Sequence record: NZ_CP041325.1
From: a plasmid
Reading direction: 5' to 3' (one strand)
Length of the DNA stretch: 64,000 bases
The position numbers and the translations under genes were made by a program. The notes under the pieces are model-generated. The model ran no database searches. It worked only from the letters and a program-made list of their open reading frames with translations, and was not told where the DNA came from. Shown here in pieces: positions 54,214-64,000 of the stretch; positions within the stretch are counted from its first letter, which is position 1, and every line of letters starts with the position of its first letter.

Positions 54214-54579
54214 TTGGCAAAAGATATTTGTGATGTGGTCTGTATAGATGAAGAAAAGGTGGAACGAGTCCAGCAACAATTGGCGGAACAGAATCCATTG
54301 GAAGTGGCGAAAATCTTCAAGGCGTTGTCGGATGATACGCGTATCAAGATTGCCTATGCCTTATCGCTGGAAGACAAACTTTGTGTGTGCGACGTGGCGA
54401 ATATCATCGGCTCTTCCACCGCAACCGCCTCCTACCACCTGCGCTTGTTGAAGAATATGGGACTCGCGAAATACCGCAAGGAAGGCAAATTGGTCTACTA
54501 CTCGCTGGATGACGCACATGTAAAGCACTTGGTGCAAGTGGCCTTCCTTCAACAGAAAGAGGGTGTCACGGTTGGTTGA
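54214..54579 (+). CDS. cadC: ArsR/SmtB-family metalloregulator CadC
   Basis: 121-aa ORF with the Cys-pair context and ...LSDDTRIKIAYALSLEDKLCVCDVANIIGSSTATASYHLRLLKNMGLAKYRKEGKLVYYSL.., which aligns with CadC. Confidence 0.75.
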   Translation: MAKDICDVVCIDEEKVERVQQQLAEQNPLEVAKIFKALSDDTRIKIAYALSLEDKLCVCDVANIIGSSTATASYHLRLLKNMGLAKYRKEGKLVYYSLDDAHVKHLVQVAFLQQKEGVTVG

Positions 54580-55040
54580 AAAACAAAACCGAAGACAAAA
54601 CCGTTTACCGGGTTGAAGGCTTCTCGTGTGCGAACTGCGCGGGAAATTCGAAAGAACGTCAAGCAGATTCCTGGAGTCCAGGATGCGAAAGTGAACTTCG
54701 GAGCTTCAAAATTGCGGTTTACGGCGCAGCGACGGTCGAGGAATTGGAAAAAGCCGGTGCCTTTGAGAACTTGAAAGTGGCACCGGAAAACCGAAACGCC
54801 AACCGGTTCCCGAAATGAAGGTGGCAGTCGAAGACAAAAGTGTTTACCGGGTCGAGGGCTTTTCGTGCGCGAACTGCGCCGGGAAATTCGAGAAGAATGT
54901 GAAGCAGATTCCGGGCGTCCAGGATGCCAAAGTGAATTTCGGTGCATCTAAAATTTCTGTTTACGGAGCAGCGACCATCGATGAACTGGAGAAAGCCGGT
55001 GCCTTTGAAAACCTGAAGGTGGCGCCTGAAATCACCGGAC
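54576..55040 (+). repeat. tandem direct repeat (about 240 bp each) encoding two CadA HMA metal-binding domains
   Basis: Copy 1 (54576-54818) and copy 2 (54815-55040) are roughly 80% identical at the nucleotide level by eye. Copy 1 has two compensating indels relative to copy 2 within the [21 protein letters not shown] stretch. Confidence 0.55.
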
Positions 55041-56997
55041 GTCCAGCTATCCCGAATACCGGAACCGAAAAGCGCCAGAACGAACAGAGAAGAAAGTGCC
55101 GTTCTACCAAAAGCATAGTGTCCTGCTCTACTCCGCCCTGCTGATCGTCTTCGGGTACGTTTCCCAATCGGTGAACGGAGAAGAAAACTTACTGACGTCC
55201 CTCCTGTTTGTGGCAGCCATTGCCATTGGCGGGTACTCGCTCTTCAAGGTCGGGTTGCAGAACTTGGTACGTCTGGATTTCGACATGAAGACCCTCATGA
55301 CCGTCGCGGTCATCGGGGCAGCCTTTATCGGCGAATGGGCGGAAGCGTCCATCGTGGTCATCCTCTTTGCGATCAGTGAAGCACTGGAACGCTATTCGAT
55401 GGACCGGGCCCGGCAATCCATCCGTTCGTTGATGGACATTGCGCCGAAAGAGGCACTGGTCCGGCGGAATGGCCAGGAACTTCTAATCTCGGTGGACGAC
55501 ATTGTGGTGGGCGACACCATGATTGTCAGACCCGGCCAGAAGATTGCAATGGATGGCACGGTGACTAACGGCTATTCGGCGGTCAATCAGGCAGCAATTA
55601 CCGGTGAATCCGTGCCGGTTGCCAAGACCGTGAACGATGACGTCTTCGCCGGCACGCTGAACGAAGAAGGCTTGCTGGAAGTCCAAATCACCAAACTGGT
55701 CGAAGACACGACCATCGCAAAAATCATTCATCTGGTCGAGGAAGCGCAGGGCGAACGCGCCCCATCACAGGCATTTGTCGACAAGTTCGCGAAATACTAC
55801 ACACCGATCATCATGGCAGTAGCTGCACTCGTGGCCATTGTTCCGCCTCTTCTGTTTGATGCCAGCTGGGAAACCTGGGTTTATCAAGGATTAGCTGTTT
55901 TAGTGGTAGGTTGTCCGTGTGCGTTGGTTATTTCGACACCGATTTCAATCGTATCGGCCATCGGGAACGCAGCGAAAAAGGCGTGCTAATCAAAGGCGGC
56001 GTCTACTTGGAGGAAATGGGTGCACTGAAGGCCATCGCGTTTGATAAGACCGGTACCCTGACTAAAGGAGTTCCGGTTGTAACGGATTTTGAAGTTATAA
56101 ACAAACAAATAAACGAAAAAGAGCTGCTTTCCATCGTGACAGCGCTGGAGTACCGCTCGCAGCATCCCTTGCCTCCGCCATCATGAAAAAGCGGACGAGG
56201 AAAATATCCCTTATACCTCTGTCTTAGTCGAAGAGTTCTCTTCCATCACCGGCAAAGGAATTAAAGGAACTGTCGAAGGAATTACGTACTACATCGGCAG
56301 CCCGACCCTCTTTACCGAGTTGGGCGCCGCAAGTACGGATAAGAACTTGGAACAAAATGTCACAGCTCTTCAAAATCAGGGCAAGACGGCCATGATCATC
56401 GGAACGGAACAAAACATCCTGGCGGTCATCGCCGTGGCCGATGAAGTCCGGGACTCCAGCAAGGAAGTCATCCAGAAGCTGCACGACATGGGCATCAAGA
56501 AGACGATCATGCTGACGGGCGACAACAAAGCGACCGGTCAGGCCATCGGCCGAAAGGTCGGTGTCACGGAAATCCAGGCCGAGCTGATGCCGGAAGACAA
56601 ATTGAATGTCATCAAACGCTTACGGGCCGAGTACGGCAAGGTGGCGATGATTGGAGACGGCGTGAACGACGCGCCGGCACTCGCCGCTTCTACCGTCGGG
56701 ATTGCCATGGGCGGTGCTGGAACCGATACGGCTTTGGAAACGGCAGATGTCGCTTTGATGGGCGACGATTTGAGCAAGCTGCCATTCACGGTGAAACTCA
56801 GCCGGAAATCCCTGAATATCATCAAAGCGAACATTACGTTCGCCATCGGCATCAAAGTGATTGCGCTGCTGTTGGTCATTCCGGGCTGGCTGACCCTGTG
56901 GATCGCCATCATGTCGGATATGGGTGCTACTCTCCTGGTCGCCCTCAACAGTTTACGGCTGATGCGCGTAAAGAATAAAGAAACAGCGTGCACCTGA
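54576..56997 (+). CDS. cadA: Cd2+/Zn2+/Pb2+ P1B-type ATPase CadA with duplicated N-terminal HMA domain, about four frame changes
   Basis: Two HMA modules ([13 protein letters not shown]...[15 protein letters not shown]). The TM region contains CPC ([11 protein letters not shown]), DKTGTLT, and ...[13 protein letters not shown].... The ORFs are 54576..54818, 54815..55144, 55096..55989, 55911..56186 and 56320..56997. Confidence 0.8.
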
Positions 56998-57018
56998 AAA
57001 GATGCACGCTGTTTTGCA
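56981..57018 (+). terminator. rho-independent terminator after cadA (12-bp perfect stem AAACAGCGTGCA/TGCACGCTGTTT, then TTGCATTT)
   Basis: Read from the sequence, immediately after the cadA stop. Confidence 0.55.
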
Positions 57019-57024
57019 TTTCTA

Positions 57025-58427
57025 TTAGAAGAAATTCATCGGGTTTACGGCGTTTGAACGAGCTCCGTTCCACGAGCCGATGTGTACTTCAAAGTGAAGG
57101 TGAGGCCCGGTCGAACGGCCTGTACTGCCGACCAGTCCAACCGTTTGACCTTGTGAAATTGCTTGGCCAGCTGAGACTTTAATGGCACTCATATGAGCGT
57201 AAACTGTCGCATAGGATTGACCATTGATGGAATGCGTCAAGATGACGACATTTCCGTAGCCGCCCATTGCTCCTGCATAAGAAACATAACCAGAGGCTGC
57301 TGCAGAAATTGGCGTGCCGGTTACATTGGCAATATCTTGGCCAAGATGCGATTCTGCCCCTGCTCCAATATCACGTCCACCAAATCCAGATGAATAACGA
57401 CCAGATACGGGACGGATAAACATCGCGTTTGATGAAGGCGCCGCTACAGCTTCTTTCGAGCACTTACAGCTGCACGTTCAACTTTTGGCGTGCTCACAGA
57501 TTCTGCCTTAGCAGAAGAAGCCTTGGCACTTCTGGCAGCTTCCGCTTCACGGGCTGCTTGCGCGCTTCTTCTCTTGCTGCTGCTTCTGCCCGCGCTTCTG
57601 CGGCAGCTTTCTCAGCGGCTAGTTTCCGTTGACGTTCTTCTTCCGCTTTTCTCGCAATTTCAGCCAAGCGGGCCTGTTCGTTGGCGATTTGTTGCTCAAA
57701 TCCGCACTAATTTCGATGACTTCGTTGCGTTGATTTTCCAAGCTGCCTTTTTCTGCCGCTAAGCGTTGCTGTTCCGCTTCCAGATTCTGAACCAATCCAG
57801 CCTGTTCTTTCTTCTGACCATCTAAGGAAGCTTTTAACCCGACAAGTTCCGAACGACGTGATTCCTGTTCGGCCAGTTTGGTTTCCACTTGCGCTTTTTG
57901 CTCGGCCAATAATTCTTTGTCGGCCGCCTGGTCGCGCATGATTTCCCGGTCTGCTTCAATCAATGTATTGACAGCCGAGAACCGGTCAATGAAATCGATA
58001 AAGCTATTGGCTCCAAGCAAGACGTCAACGTAATCCACGGAACCGCCACTTAACTGAATGGCACGCGCACGTTCTTCCAAGAGATCTTCACGTTCGGCAA
58101 TTTTTCGTTCCAGTTCTTCAATCGATTTTCTCAATTCATCGATTTCGACTTTTGTCTGATCGATTTGAGCTTGAACATTGTTGATTTTGGCTTGGGTATC
58201 ATTGATTTGGGTATTCAGATCCGCTATTTTCGCCGCCAGCTGTTCCAGCTTGGAAGCGTTTTGATTGATCTGCCCAGCTTTTCATTGATGCCGGAATTCA
58301 ATTCACTTTGCTGCTGTTGTGCTTCTTGCTGTTTTGTTCCAATTCGCTTAATTTATCCGCATTCGCTGTTGGCACTAAAATTGACAAGGCCAAGACAGTG
58401 GATAAACCGGTTACCATCCATTTCGAA
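57025..58427 (-). CDS. M23-family peptidoglycan DD-metalloendopeptidase with N-terminal signal peptide and coiled-coil region, frameshifted
   Basis: C-terminal M23 domain (..HLGQDIA...GNVVILTHSINGQSYATVYAHMS...GSTGRSTGPHLHFEV). The coiled-coil segment is 57619..58134. An Ala/Lys/Arg-rich low-complexity linker lies near 57430-57640. The N-terminal signal MVTGLSTVLALSILVPTANA starts at 58425-58427. Confidence 0.6.
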
Positions 58428-58791
58428 ATCAAGTACTTGTTCCCCTTCCAGAATCTTTCTACTGTTTTGCTATGTATTAGTTGGATTAAGCTCCAAGTCG
58501 ATTGCTCGGTGAAGCTAAAAATTTGTCTAGGTTATGTGATTCTACATTTTGTCGAATTATGTTTCCTTAAAAATCCGACTTGCTTAGTATACCAGCTAAA
58601 CATTTAGTTCCTGTTACATTTATATTTCATTTTATTCTAGCAACGAAATATTTGTGTTTTAATTTTACAATTCCGATTGCTCTACTAATACGCTTTTTAT
58701 TAAGGTTACCTACTTAATTTCTTTTACCCAGAAGATGACTGGAAGGAAAAATAAGGAGCATGCAGAAATTAAAACTGACAGGGGCAGAGTG

Positions 58792-59413
58792 TATTGAATA
58801 ACTACTGGAATAAAATCATTTATAAATTATGGTCCCCGGTCTACGATATATTCTTCAACGCGGGCCCTTTCTGGCTGCACGGAAAAACGTGTTCCATGGA
58901 ATAACCATCAATCATCAACAACAAGTTTTGGTGGTCGGTGTCGGAACGGGAGCTGATTTAGAACTGTTGGATCTGGATGGAATGGAGATTACCGCCATAG
59001 ACTACTCGGAAGATATGCTCAATCAAGCCCGAAAGAAGTTTAAAGACTCCTCCATTCAATTCATAGAAATGGATGCCCAACAAATGACATTCGCTGACAA
59101 CCAATTTGATGTGGTCATCGGAAGTTTGATTCTTTCCGTGGTTCCCCATGCAGAAGATTGTTTTAAGGAAATGGAAAGAGTGTTGAAGCCTGGTGGAGAA
59201 ATACTGCTCTTTGATAAGTTCCTTCCTAGAGAAAAAAGCTCTCACTTCCTAAAAATGATTCGACCCGCCATTAAATTATTAGGAACCGATATTGGCTTAG
59301 ACTTTGATAGATTGGTCGAAAATAATAATGGAACCTTACTTGTTAAAGAAGATGTCCCGGTCCTGTTCAATGGAATGTATAGAAAGATTGTTCTCAGCAA
59401 ACAACGTATTTAA
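58792..59413 (+). CDS. class-I SAM-dependent methyltransferase (one frameshift at an A5 run near 58880)
   Basis: TTG 58792 gives LNNYWNKIIYKLWSPVYDIFFNAGPFWLHGK..., then ORF 58829..59413 with motif-I VLVVGVGTGADLELL. Confidence 0.55.
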
Positions 59414-59620
59414 GGGGTTCATAAAAATATACTTACCTATATTATATGGAAGGTATTTAATCTATCTTGATAAGGACGGACTATCAACCGTGTTAAGTTA
59501 GAATTTATACAGGACTTAGCTTGACATTCCTTCACATTCTTCCTTATAATCAATATATGAACATATGCTCATATATTGATATTTGTTTATCCATTCTATT
59601 GGAGGTGTCTACCAACATGA

Positions 59621-59948
59621 CGCAGGAGTTTGAAAAAGAAGTAGGTTATATGGAAAACGAACATCCGTTGGATGAAGAAACCCTTTTGTCGTCTCTCAAA
59701 CATTCAAGGCATTGAGCGATCCGACCCGTATCCGTATCTTGAATTTGCTTTGTTCCGCGGAACACTCGGTGAACGAATTGGCTGAACGATTGATTTGGGC
59801 CAGTCTACCGTGTCGCACCAATTGCGTTTTTGAAGCAGTTGCGACTGGTGAAATACAGAAGAGCTGGGACCACTTTATACTATTCAAAGACGACGACCAC
59901 ATCATGAACCTGTTGAAACAAGCCATTGAGCACGCTGCGCATCATTGA
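59621..59948 (+). CDS. ArsR/SmtB-family metalloregulator (CzrA-like), about two frame changes
   Basis: Pieces MTQEFEKEVGYMENEHPLDEETL..., ..FKALSDPTRIRILNLLCSAEHSVNELAERL.. and ...DDDHIMNLLKQAIEHAAHH (C-terminal His-rich metal site) lie across frames. Confidence 0.6.
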
Positions 59949-60021
59949 GAACAAAATTGGAAAATGTCTAAAAGCATGAATGGCTTTATAAGGAAGAATA
60001 ATTTTGAAAGGAGGAGTTGAA

Positions 60022-60980
60022 ATGGCACATGATCACAATCATGACCACACGCACGGAGCAAACAAAAGGTGCTGTTCATTTCTTTTTAATCATTACAAGT
60101 TACATGATTATCGAGGCCATCGGAGGTTTTCTCACCAATAGTTTGGCGCTTTTAGCGGATGCCGGCCATATGCTGAGCGATTCCATTTCACTGGCGATTG
60201 CCCTCATTGCCTTCAAACTGGCTGAAAAAGTGGCGAACTACAGCAAAACCTATGGCTACAAACGGTTTGAAATTATCGCCGCGGTCATCAACGGTGCCAC
60301 ATTGATTGGCGTGGCCCTTTATATCTTTTATGAAGCCATTGACCGGTTTGCTAACCCACCAGAAGTAGCAACGACCGGCATGCTCATTATCAGCGTCTTT
60401 GGATTACTGGTTAACATCCTGGTCGCTTGGATTATGATGCGCGGTGGAGATACAGAAGATAACTTGAATATGCGTGGAGCGTATTTGCATGTACTGAGTG
60501 ACATGCTGGGATCAATCGGCGCCATTGCGGCCGCCTTGCTCATCATGTTTTTGGCTGGGGATGGGCGGATCCCGCAGCAAGTGTAATCGTGGCAGTCCTC
60601 GTCCTACGAAGCGGGTACTATGTAACGAAGGCTTCTCTTCATGTGCTAATGGAGGGAACGCCTCAAAACATTGATGTAGAGGACGTCCTACAGACCATTA
60701 AAAGACAGAGGGAATCCAAGGTGTTCACGATTTGCACATTTGGTCGATCACCAGTGGACTCAATGCCTTGTCGTGCCATGCGGTTGTAAATGATCAGCTC
60801 ACCATCGCTGAGAGTGAAAGTATGCTGCACCGGATTGAACACGATTTGACGCATAAAGGAATTACGCATGTCACAATCCAGCTGGAAACCAGTGCCCATG
60901 AACATGATGAGTCCATTCTTTGTACGGCAAAAATGAACCTTCACACGATCATCACCATTAGGATGAACAGTTGTAGTTAA
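60022..60980 (+). CDS. czcD: cation diffusion facilitator family Zn/Co/Cd efflux transporter (CzcD-like), frameshifted
   Basis: N-terminus MAHDHNHDHTHGANK... (His-rich). The TM domain has ...LLADAGHMLSDSISLAIALIAF...HVLSDMLGSIGAIAAA. The C-terminal cytoplasmic domain is in ORF 60589..60789 and 60732..60980 (...HVTIQLE...). Confidence 0.7.
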
Positions 60981-61212
60981 ATCTTTATAGTTTTGTGATG
61001 CAAGAAATTCATTTTTCGTTTGGTAAGTAATTTAATATATTTCATAGTTGATTGTCTGTTACTTTTCTTTGAAAGTTAGACTTCAATAAAAATTAAAATG
61101 TGAAAAAGAAGAAGGTCAACCGGCCTCTTCTCTTCTTAAATCTATTGTCTCTTTTCAGCTACCGTTGTTAAAAGGGTATATTCTGGAGCGGCAGTCAAAA
61201 ACAGGCTTTCCT

Positions 61213-61506
61213 TTAATTTTTCCATAATCCAATCATGCCTCTTCGGCGATAAATCACCTTTTCACGTTCGAGAACCTCGAGTATTTTAACAAGCATATAA
61301 GAAGGAATACTTAAATCAAAAGCTATCTCTTTGACTGTCTTAACCAAAACTCCATCTGCCGTAGAATTCTTCAGGAAGTATTTCGTAAATCTCTCCCCAT
61401 TTTTGATGATTTCCTTGCTTTCTTCAGCCAAACAATTCCGTGCCTCCTCTACCATTCTTGGCTCTATAGACAACTTCGTGTGCTCGTATCGATATTTCGA
61501 AAACAT
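61213..61506 (-). CDS. hypothetical 97-aa protein (possible winged-helix regulator)
   Basis: Intact ORF ending ..LVKILEVLEREKVIYRRRGMIGLWKN, weakly wHTH-like. No confident family. Confidence 0.3.
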   Translation of the reverse strand: MFSKYRYEHTKLSIEPRMVEEARNCLAEESKEIIKNGERFTKYFLKNSTADGVLVKTVKEIAFDLSIPSYMLVKILEVLEREKVIYRRRGMIGLWKN

Positions 61507-62132
61507 TTAGAAACCTCCTCTCCTCCTTGAATCGCACAAATCATCAAAAGGTAAAATTTTTAAGGAGCTTGGCTTAGTTCCAGAAGGATAATTTTCTTAT
61601 GTAAGATAACAGACCGACTATTTTAAGCTTTAATTCAGCAACTTGAGCACAAGCATAGGTATAAAAGGTTTTCTATGATTATCTAGTTAATATTCTATCG
61701 GTTGAACGTTTTGAAAATCTATCTTCTCTAAATTATACAATGAGTATTTAGTTGAGAGTATAGTAATTAAAGTGTTCGTAGAATCACGCTGACGTAAAAA
61801 CTTCACGAGAAGCTCTTTTTCTGCCAATATTCTGATGGTACGTAAACGTACTTTTAGAAAACATAGAAAAAGCGCCTAAAATGAATTCTCTTAGGCGCTT
61901 CTTCTATAAATGAATTTTATCTTTCCTCACTCGAAGACTGCACGGCCAACTGAAAATTTTCGTAGCTCTCCGGTCCAAACTTTTCCGGATCCCCTGGAAA
62001 AGGTTGCCAGCATGAAATCCCGTGCGCAATCGACGTCACATTCCTGTGAGTTCATAACAAGGGATAAATAAGAACGGAAATAGTCGGGCTGCAAACACCC
62101 TCCGTGATTTATGGTCATCTTTCACCGCTCCT

Positions 62133-63415
62133 TTAGCAGCAGCCTGAACTACCAGCTGCAACCGGTTGTGTGCCGTTCGGTGAAAGGTTGACGCTGCAGA
62201 CACCGGTTTCCGGCAGATCCAATTCCACGTTCTGGGCGGCCTCGAAATCTCCCGTGAGGTACGCCACGACGGAACGGACCTGTTCATATCCGGTGGCCAT
62301 CAGGAACGTTGGCGCCCGGCCGTAGCTCTTCATGCCGACGATGTAGAAATTCTTTTCGGGCTGCCGCAGTTCCCGTTCGCCGTGCGGGCGGACTGTGCCG
62401 CAGCTGTGAAGGTTCGGGTCAATCAGCGGCGCCAGTGCATCCACACTTTCGGTGGCCGGATCGATGCTGAGGCGCACTTCGCGCAGGAATGAAAAGTCCG
62501 GTTGACTGCCAGTATTGACGATCACTTCATCGAATCCCTCAATCGAATGGTTCGCTTCCTTCCATTCCCCTTCCAGCGTCAACGTTTCCCCGTTTCGGTT
62601 CACGTCATAAATCCGATAAGGTGTGTACACGTCCACTTGGCCTGAATCCACCAGCTGATGAATCCGGGAACCCAGTTCGCCCCGTGCTTGAAGCGCATCG
62701 TTCGCTTCTCCGCCATAAGCGTCTTCCACGTTGTTCTTGCGCAGAATCCACGTGATTTTCGAATCGGGCAGTTCGGCCAGTTCCAGGATGGTATTGATGG
62801 CGGAATGGCCGCCGCCTACCACCGCAATCTGCTTTCCGGTGAACCGTTCACGATCCTTTCCTTGAACATCCGGGATGCCGTAATAGATGTGCTGACTCAG
62901 CTTCTCTTCGTTTTCGTCGTTATGCCGCCGGCACTCAACGAGTTCGGCTGTCCCCAAGTTCCCGTAGCGTCGATGATGGCTTTCGCTTCGATGCGCTGGG
63001 TCGTTTCTCCGTTTTCTTCTAGATAAAGGACAAACGGCAGATTTCCCCGGCCAGCGGTCTTCATTTTGTCTTGGCCTTTTCGGCTGATGCCCAGTACCCG
63101 GGTATGGAGCTGGATAAAGGGCTGAATGGCTGGCAGCTCTGCCAGTTTCATCAAATACTGGTCGACCAACTCCTTGCCTGTCGGCAGCTCTTCGTCCGAA
63201 GGCGCTTCCCACCCGATTGTTCCAACAATTCCCGGGCGACTTTGTCGATGTTGTACTGCCAAGGGGAAAACAGGCGAACGTGTCCCCACTGCGATACGTG
63301 ATGGCCGATGGAGGTCCCTGCTTCGAGCACCGGAACTTCTCTCCGGCTTTCGCCAGATGCGCGGCCGTGGCCAATCCAACCGGACCGGCCCCAATGATGA
63401 CAATCGGCAACGCAT
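62133..63415 (-). CDS. FAD/NAD(P)-binding flavoprotein oxidoreductase (CzcO-like), spread over three frames
   Basis: Dinucleotide-binding N-terminus LPIVIIGAGPVGLATAAHL. The pieces are ..VLEAGTSIGHHVSQWGHVRLFSPWQYNIDK.., ..PTGKELVDQYL...KAIIDATGTWGQPN.. and a second Rossmann motif ..KQIAVVGGGHSAINTILELA... The GC-rich codon usage differs from its neighbours. Confidence 0.55.
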
Positions 63416-63550
63416 TCGTTTCTTTTTCGGTAAGTCAAACTGGATGGGAAATGCCTTCGGTGAACAACAAGCTGCTTGCGTGTTCATATAACTTCCTCCT
63501 TTGGTCGTTCTATAATAAAACTTGATTTTGCAAGTATTAATTCCGTTCAT

Positions 63551-63823
63551 TTAAAACATGGGCTTGCAACAGACCGTTGACTTGGCCATGGCTTGGTTCA
63601 ACAACTGCATCGATTGCAAGACAATTTCGCGTTCGAATTCATTCAAGTGCGAGAAAATCTCGTCCAGATGCGTCTCGATGCCTTGCAGCTCCATCTGAAG
63701 AACGGTTTTCGGGAAGTCGGCCGCCGGGAACGCATCGGCCAACGCGCTGGCGTATGGCGAGACACGATTCTCCTGGAAAGAAGAAGCCAAGTGAATGGAT
63801 GGGCATAAAAAGAGCTCACCCAT
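63551..63823 (-). CDS. hypothetical 90-aa protein
   Basis: ORF only. It overlaps several alternative-frame ORFs in a GC-rich stretch. Confidence 0.25.
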   Translation of the reverse strand: MGELFLCPSIHLASSFQENRVSPYASALADAFPAADFPKTVLQMELQGIETHLDEIFSHLNEFEREIVLQSMQLLNQAMAKSTVCCKPMF

Positions 63824-63838
63824 GAGCTCTTTTCATCT

Positions 63839-63997
63839 AGCACCCGGTTGGTGCGCCAATCATGACCAGACCGGCTTGTTCTCCCTGTTCCTCGAAATCC
63901 AAGGTCAGGTTGTCTGCGATTTCTTTTGCTTCCGGGGCAACCGCCATCCGGATGCCGTTAACGTCCAGTACATCGTCTTTTCGCTTCCGGCGCATCC
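63839..63997 (-). CDS. hypothetical small protein at the window edge (may extend beyond 64000)
   Basis: Minus-strand ORF ...MRRKRKDDVLDVNGIRMAVAPEAKEIADNLTLDFEEQGEQAGLVMIGAPTGC* ending at about 63839. Whether the N-terminus is complete is unclear. Confidence 0.25.
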
Positions 63998-64000
63998 AGC

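Noticed and set aside
62658-63525. Plus-strand ORFs 62658..63026, 63071..63301, 63126..63491 and 63217..63525
   Set aside because: They are antisense shadow ORFs inside the GC-rich CzcO-like flavoprotein gene. The minus strand carries clear dinucleotide-binding motifs.
1-64000. Programmed ribosomal frameshifting or transcriptional slippage as an explanation for the split genes
   Set aside because: More than 35 unrelated genes are affected, including housekeeping-type transporters and regulators. Junctions lie at simple A/T homopolymers without slippery heptamer plus pseudoknot architecture. Systematic sequencing indels are far more likely.

Overview
This 64-kb window reads as a Bacillales-type Firmicute chromosome segment, judged from gene content such as SpoIIP, BdbCD, CcdA, CadCA, CzrA/CzcD and a Cheo-type SOS box. 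It is a mosaic of four compositionally distinct blocks.

1. Positions 1-14.5 kb have roughly 40% GC. They hold two divergent operons encoding two different hydantoinase/oxoprolinase-type enzyme systems: DUF917 with a hydantoinase-A-like protein, and HyuA/HyuB. With them sit a DUF1177 protein, an M24 Xaa-Pro peptidase, a class-V aminotransferase, an NCS1 nucleobase permease, an OPT transporter, and TetR and IclR regulators.

2. Positions 14.6-17.1 kb are strikingly GC-rich, with most codons ending in G or C. This block carries DUF3006, a secreted MBL-fold hydrolase, and a Y-family DNA polymerase behind a perfect LexA (Cheo) box. It lies between a terminator on the left and a decayed ISL3 transposase remnant on the right.

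3. Positions 18.2-26.7 kb are very AT-rich and look like a defence island. They contain an OLD/PARIS/AbiL-like split module (a 534-aa AAA_21/DUF3696-type ATPase plus a TOPRIM/DUF4435-like protein). They also contain a roughly 1030-aa SIR2-STAND NTPase gene resembling Avs type 5, and a small orphan TIR-domain (ThsB/DUF1863-like) gene. The island also carries a serine resolvase with a multi-subsite res-like repeat array.

4. Positions 27-64 kb have intermediate to high GC and form a heavy-metal and thiol-redox island. The copper set is a YdhK-like lipoprotein, DUF305, a two-component system, a DUF326 Cys-rich protein, a His-rich CopB-like P-type ATPase and CopC/CopD. The thiol-disulfide set is a ResA-like protein, CcdA, BdbC and BdbD. 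The remainder is cadD-cadC-cadA with a tandemly duplicated HMA domain, czrA-czcD-czcO-like genes, mntH, a MurE paralog, SpoIIP, an M23 peptidase and a frameshifted tyrosine integrase.

The whole window has a very high density of frameshifts, about one per kb and many at homopolymer runs. Many genes therefore appear as 2-4 ORF pieces. I treat most of these as probable sequencing indels rather than true pseudogenes.

I found no rRNA, tRNA or CRISPR array. The most novel-looking content is the AT-rich defence island, in particular the co-localised SIR2-STAND, TIR and split ATPase/TOPRIM genes.
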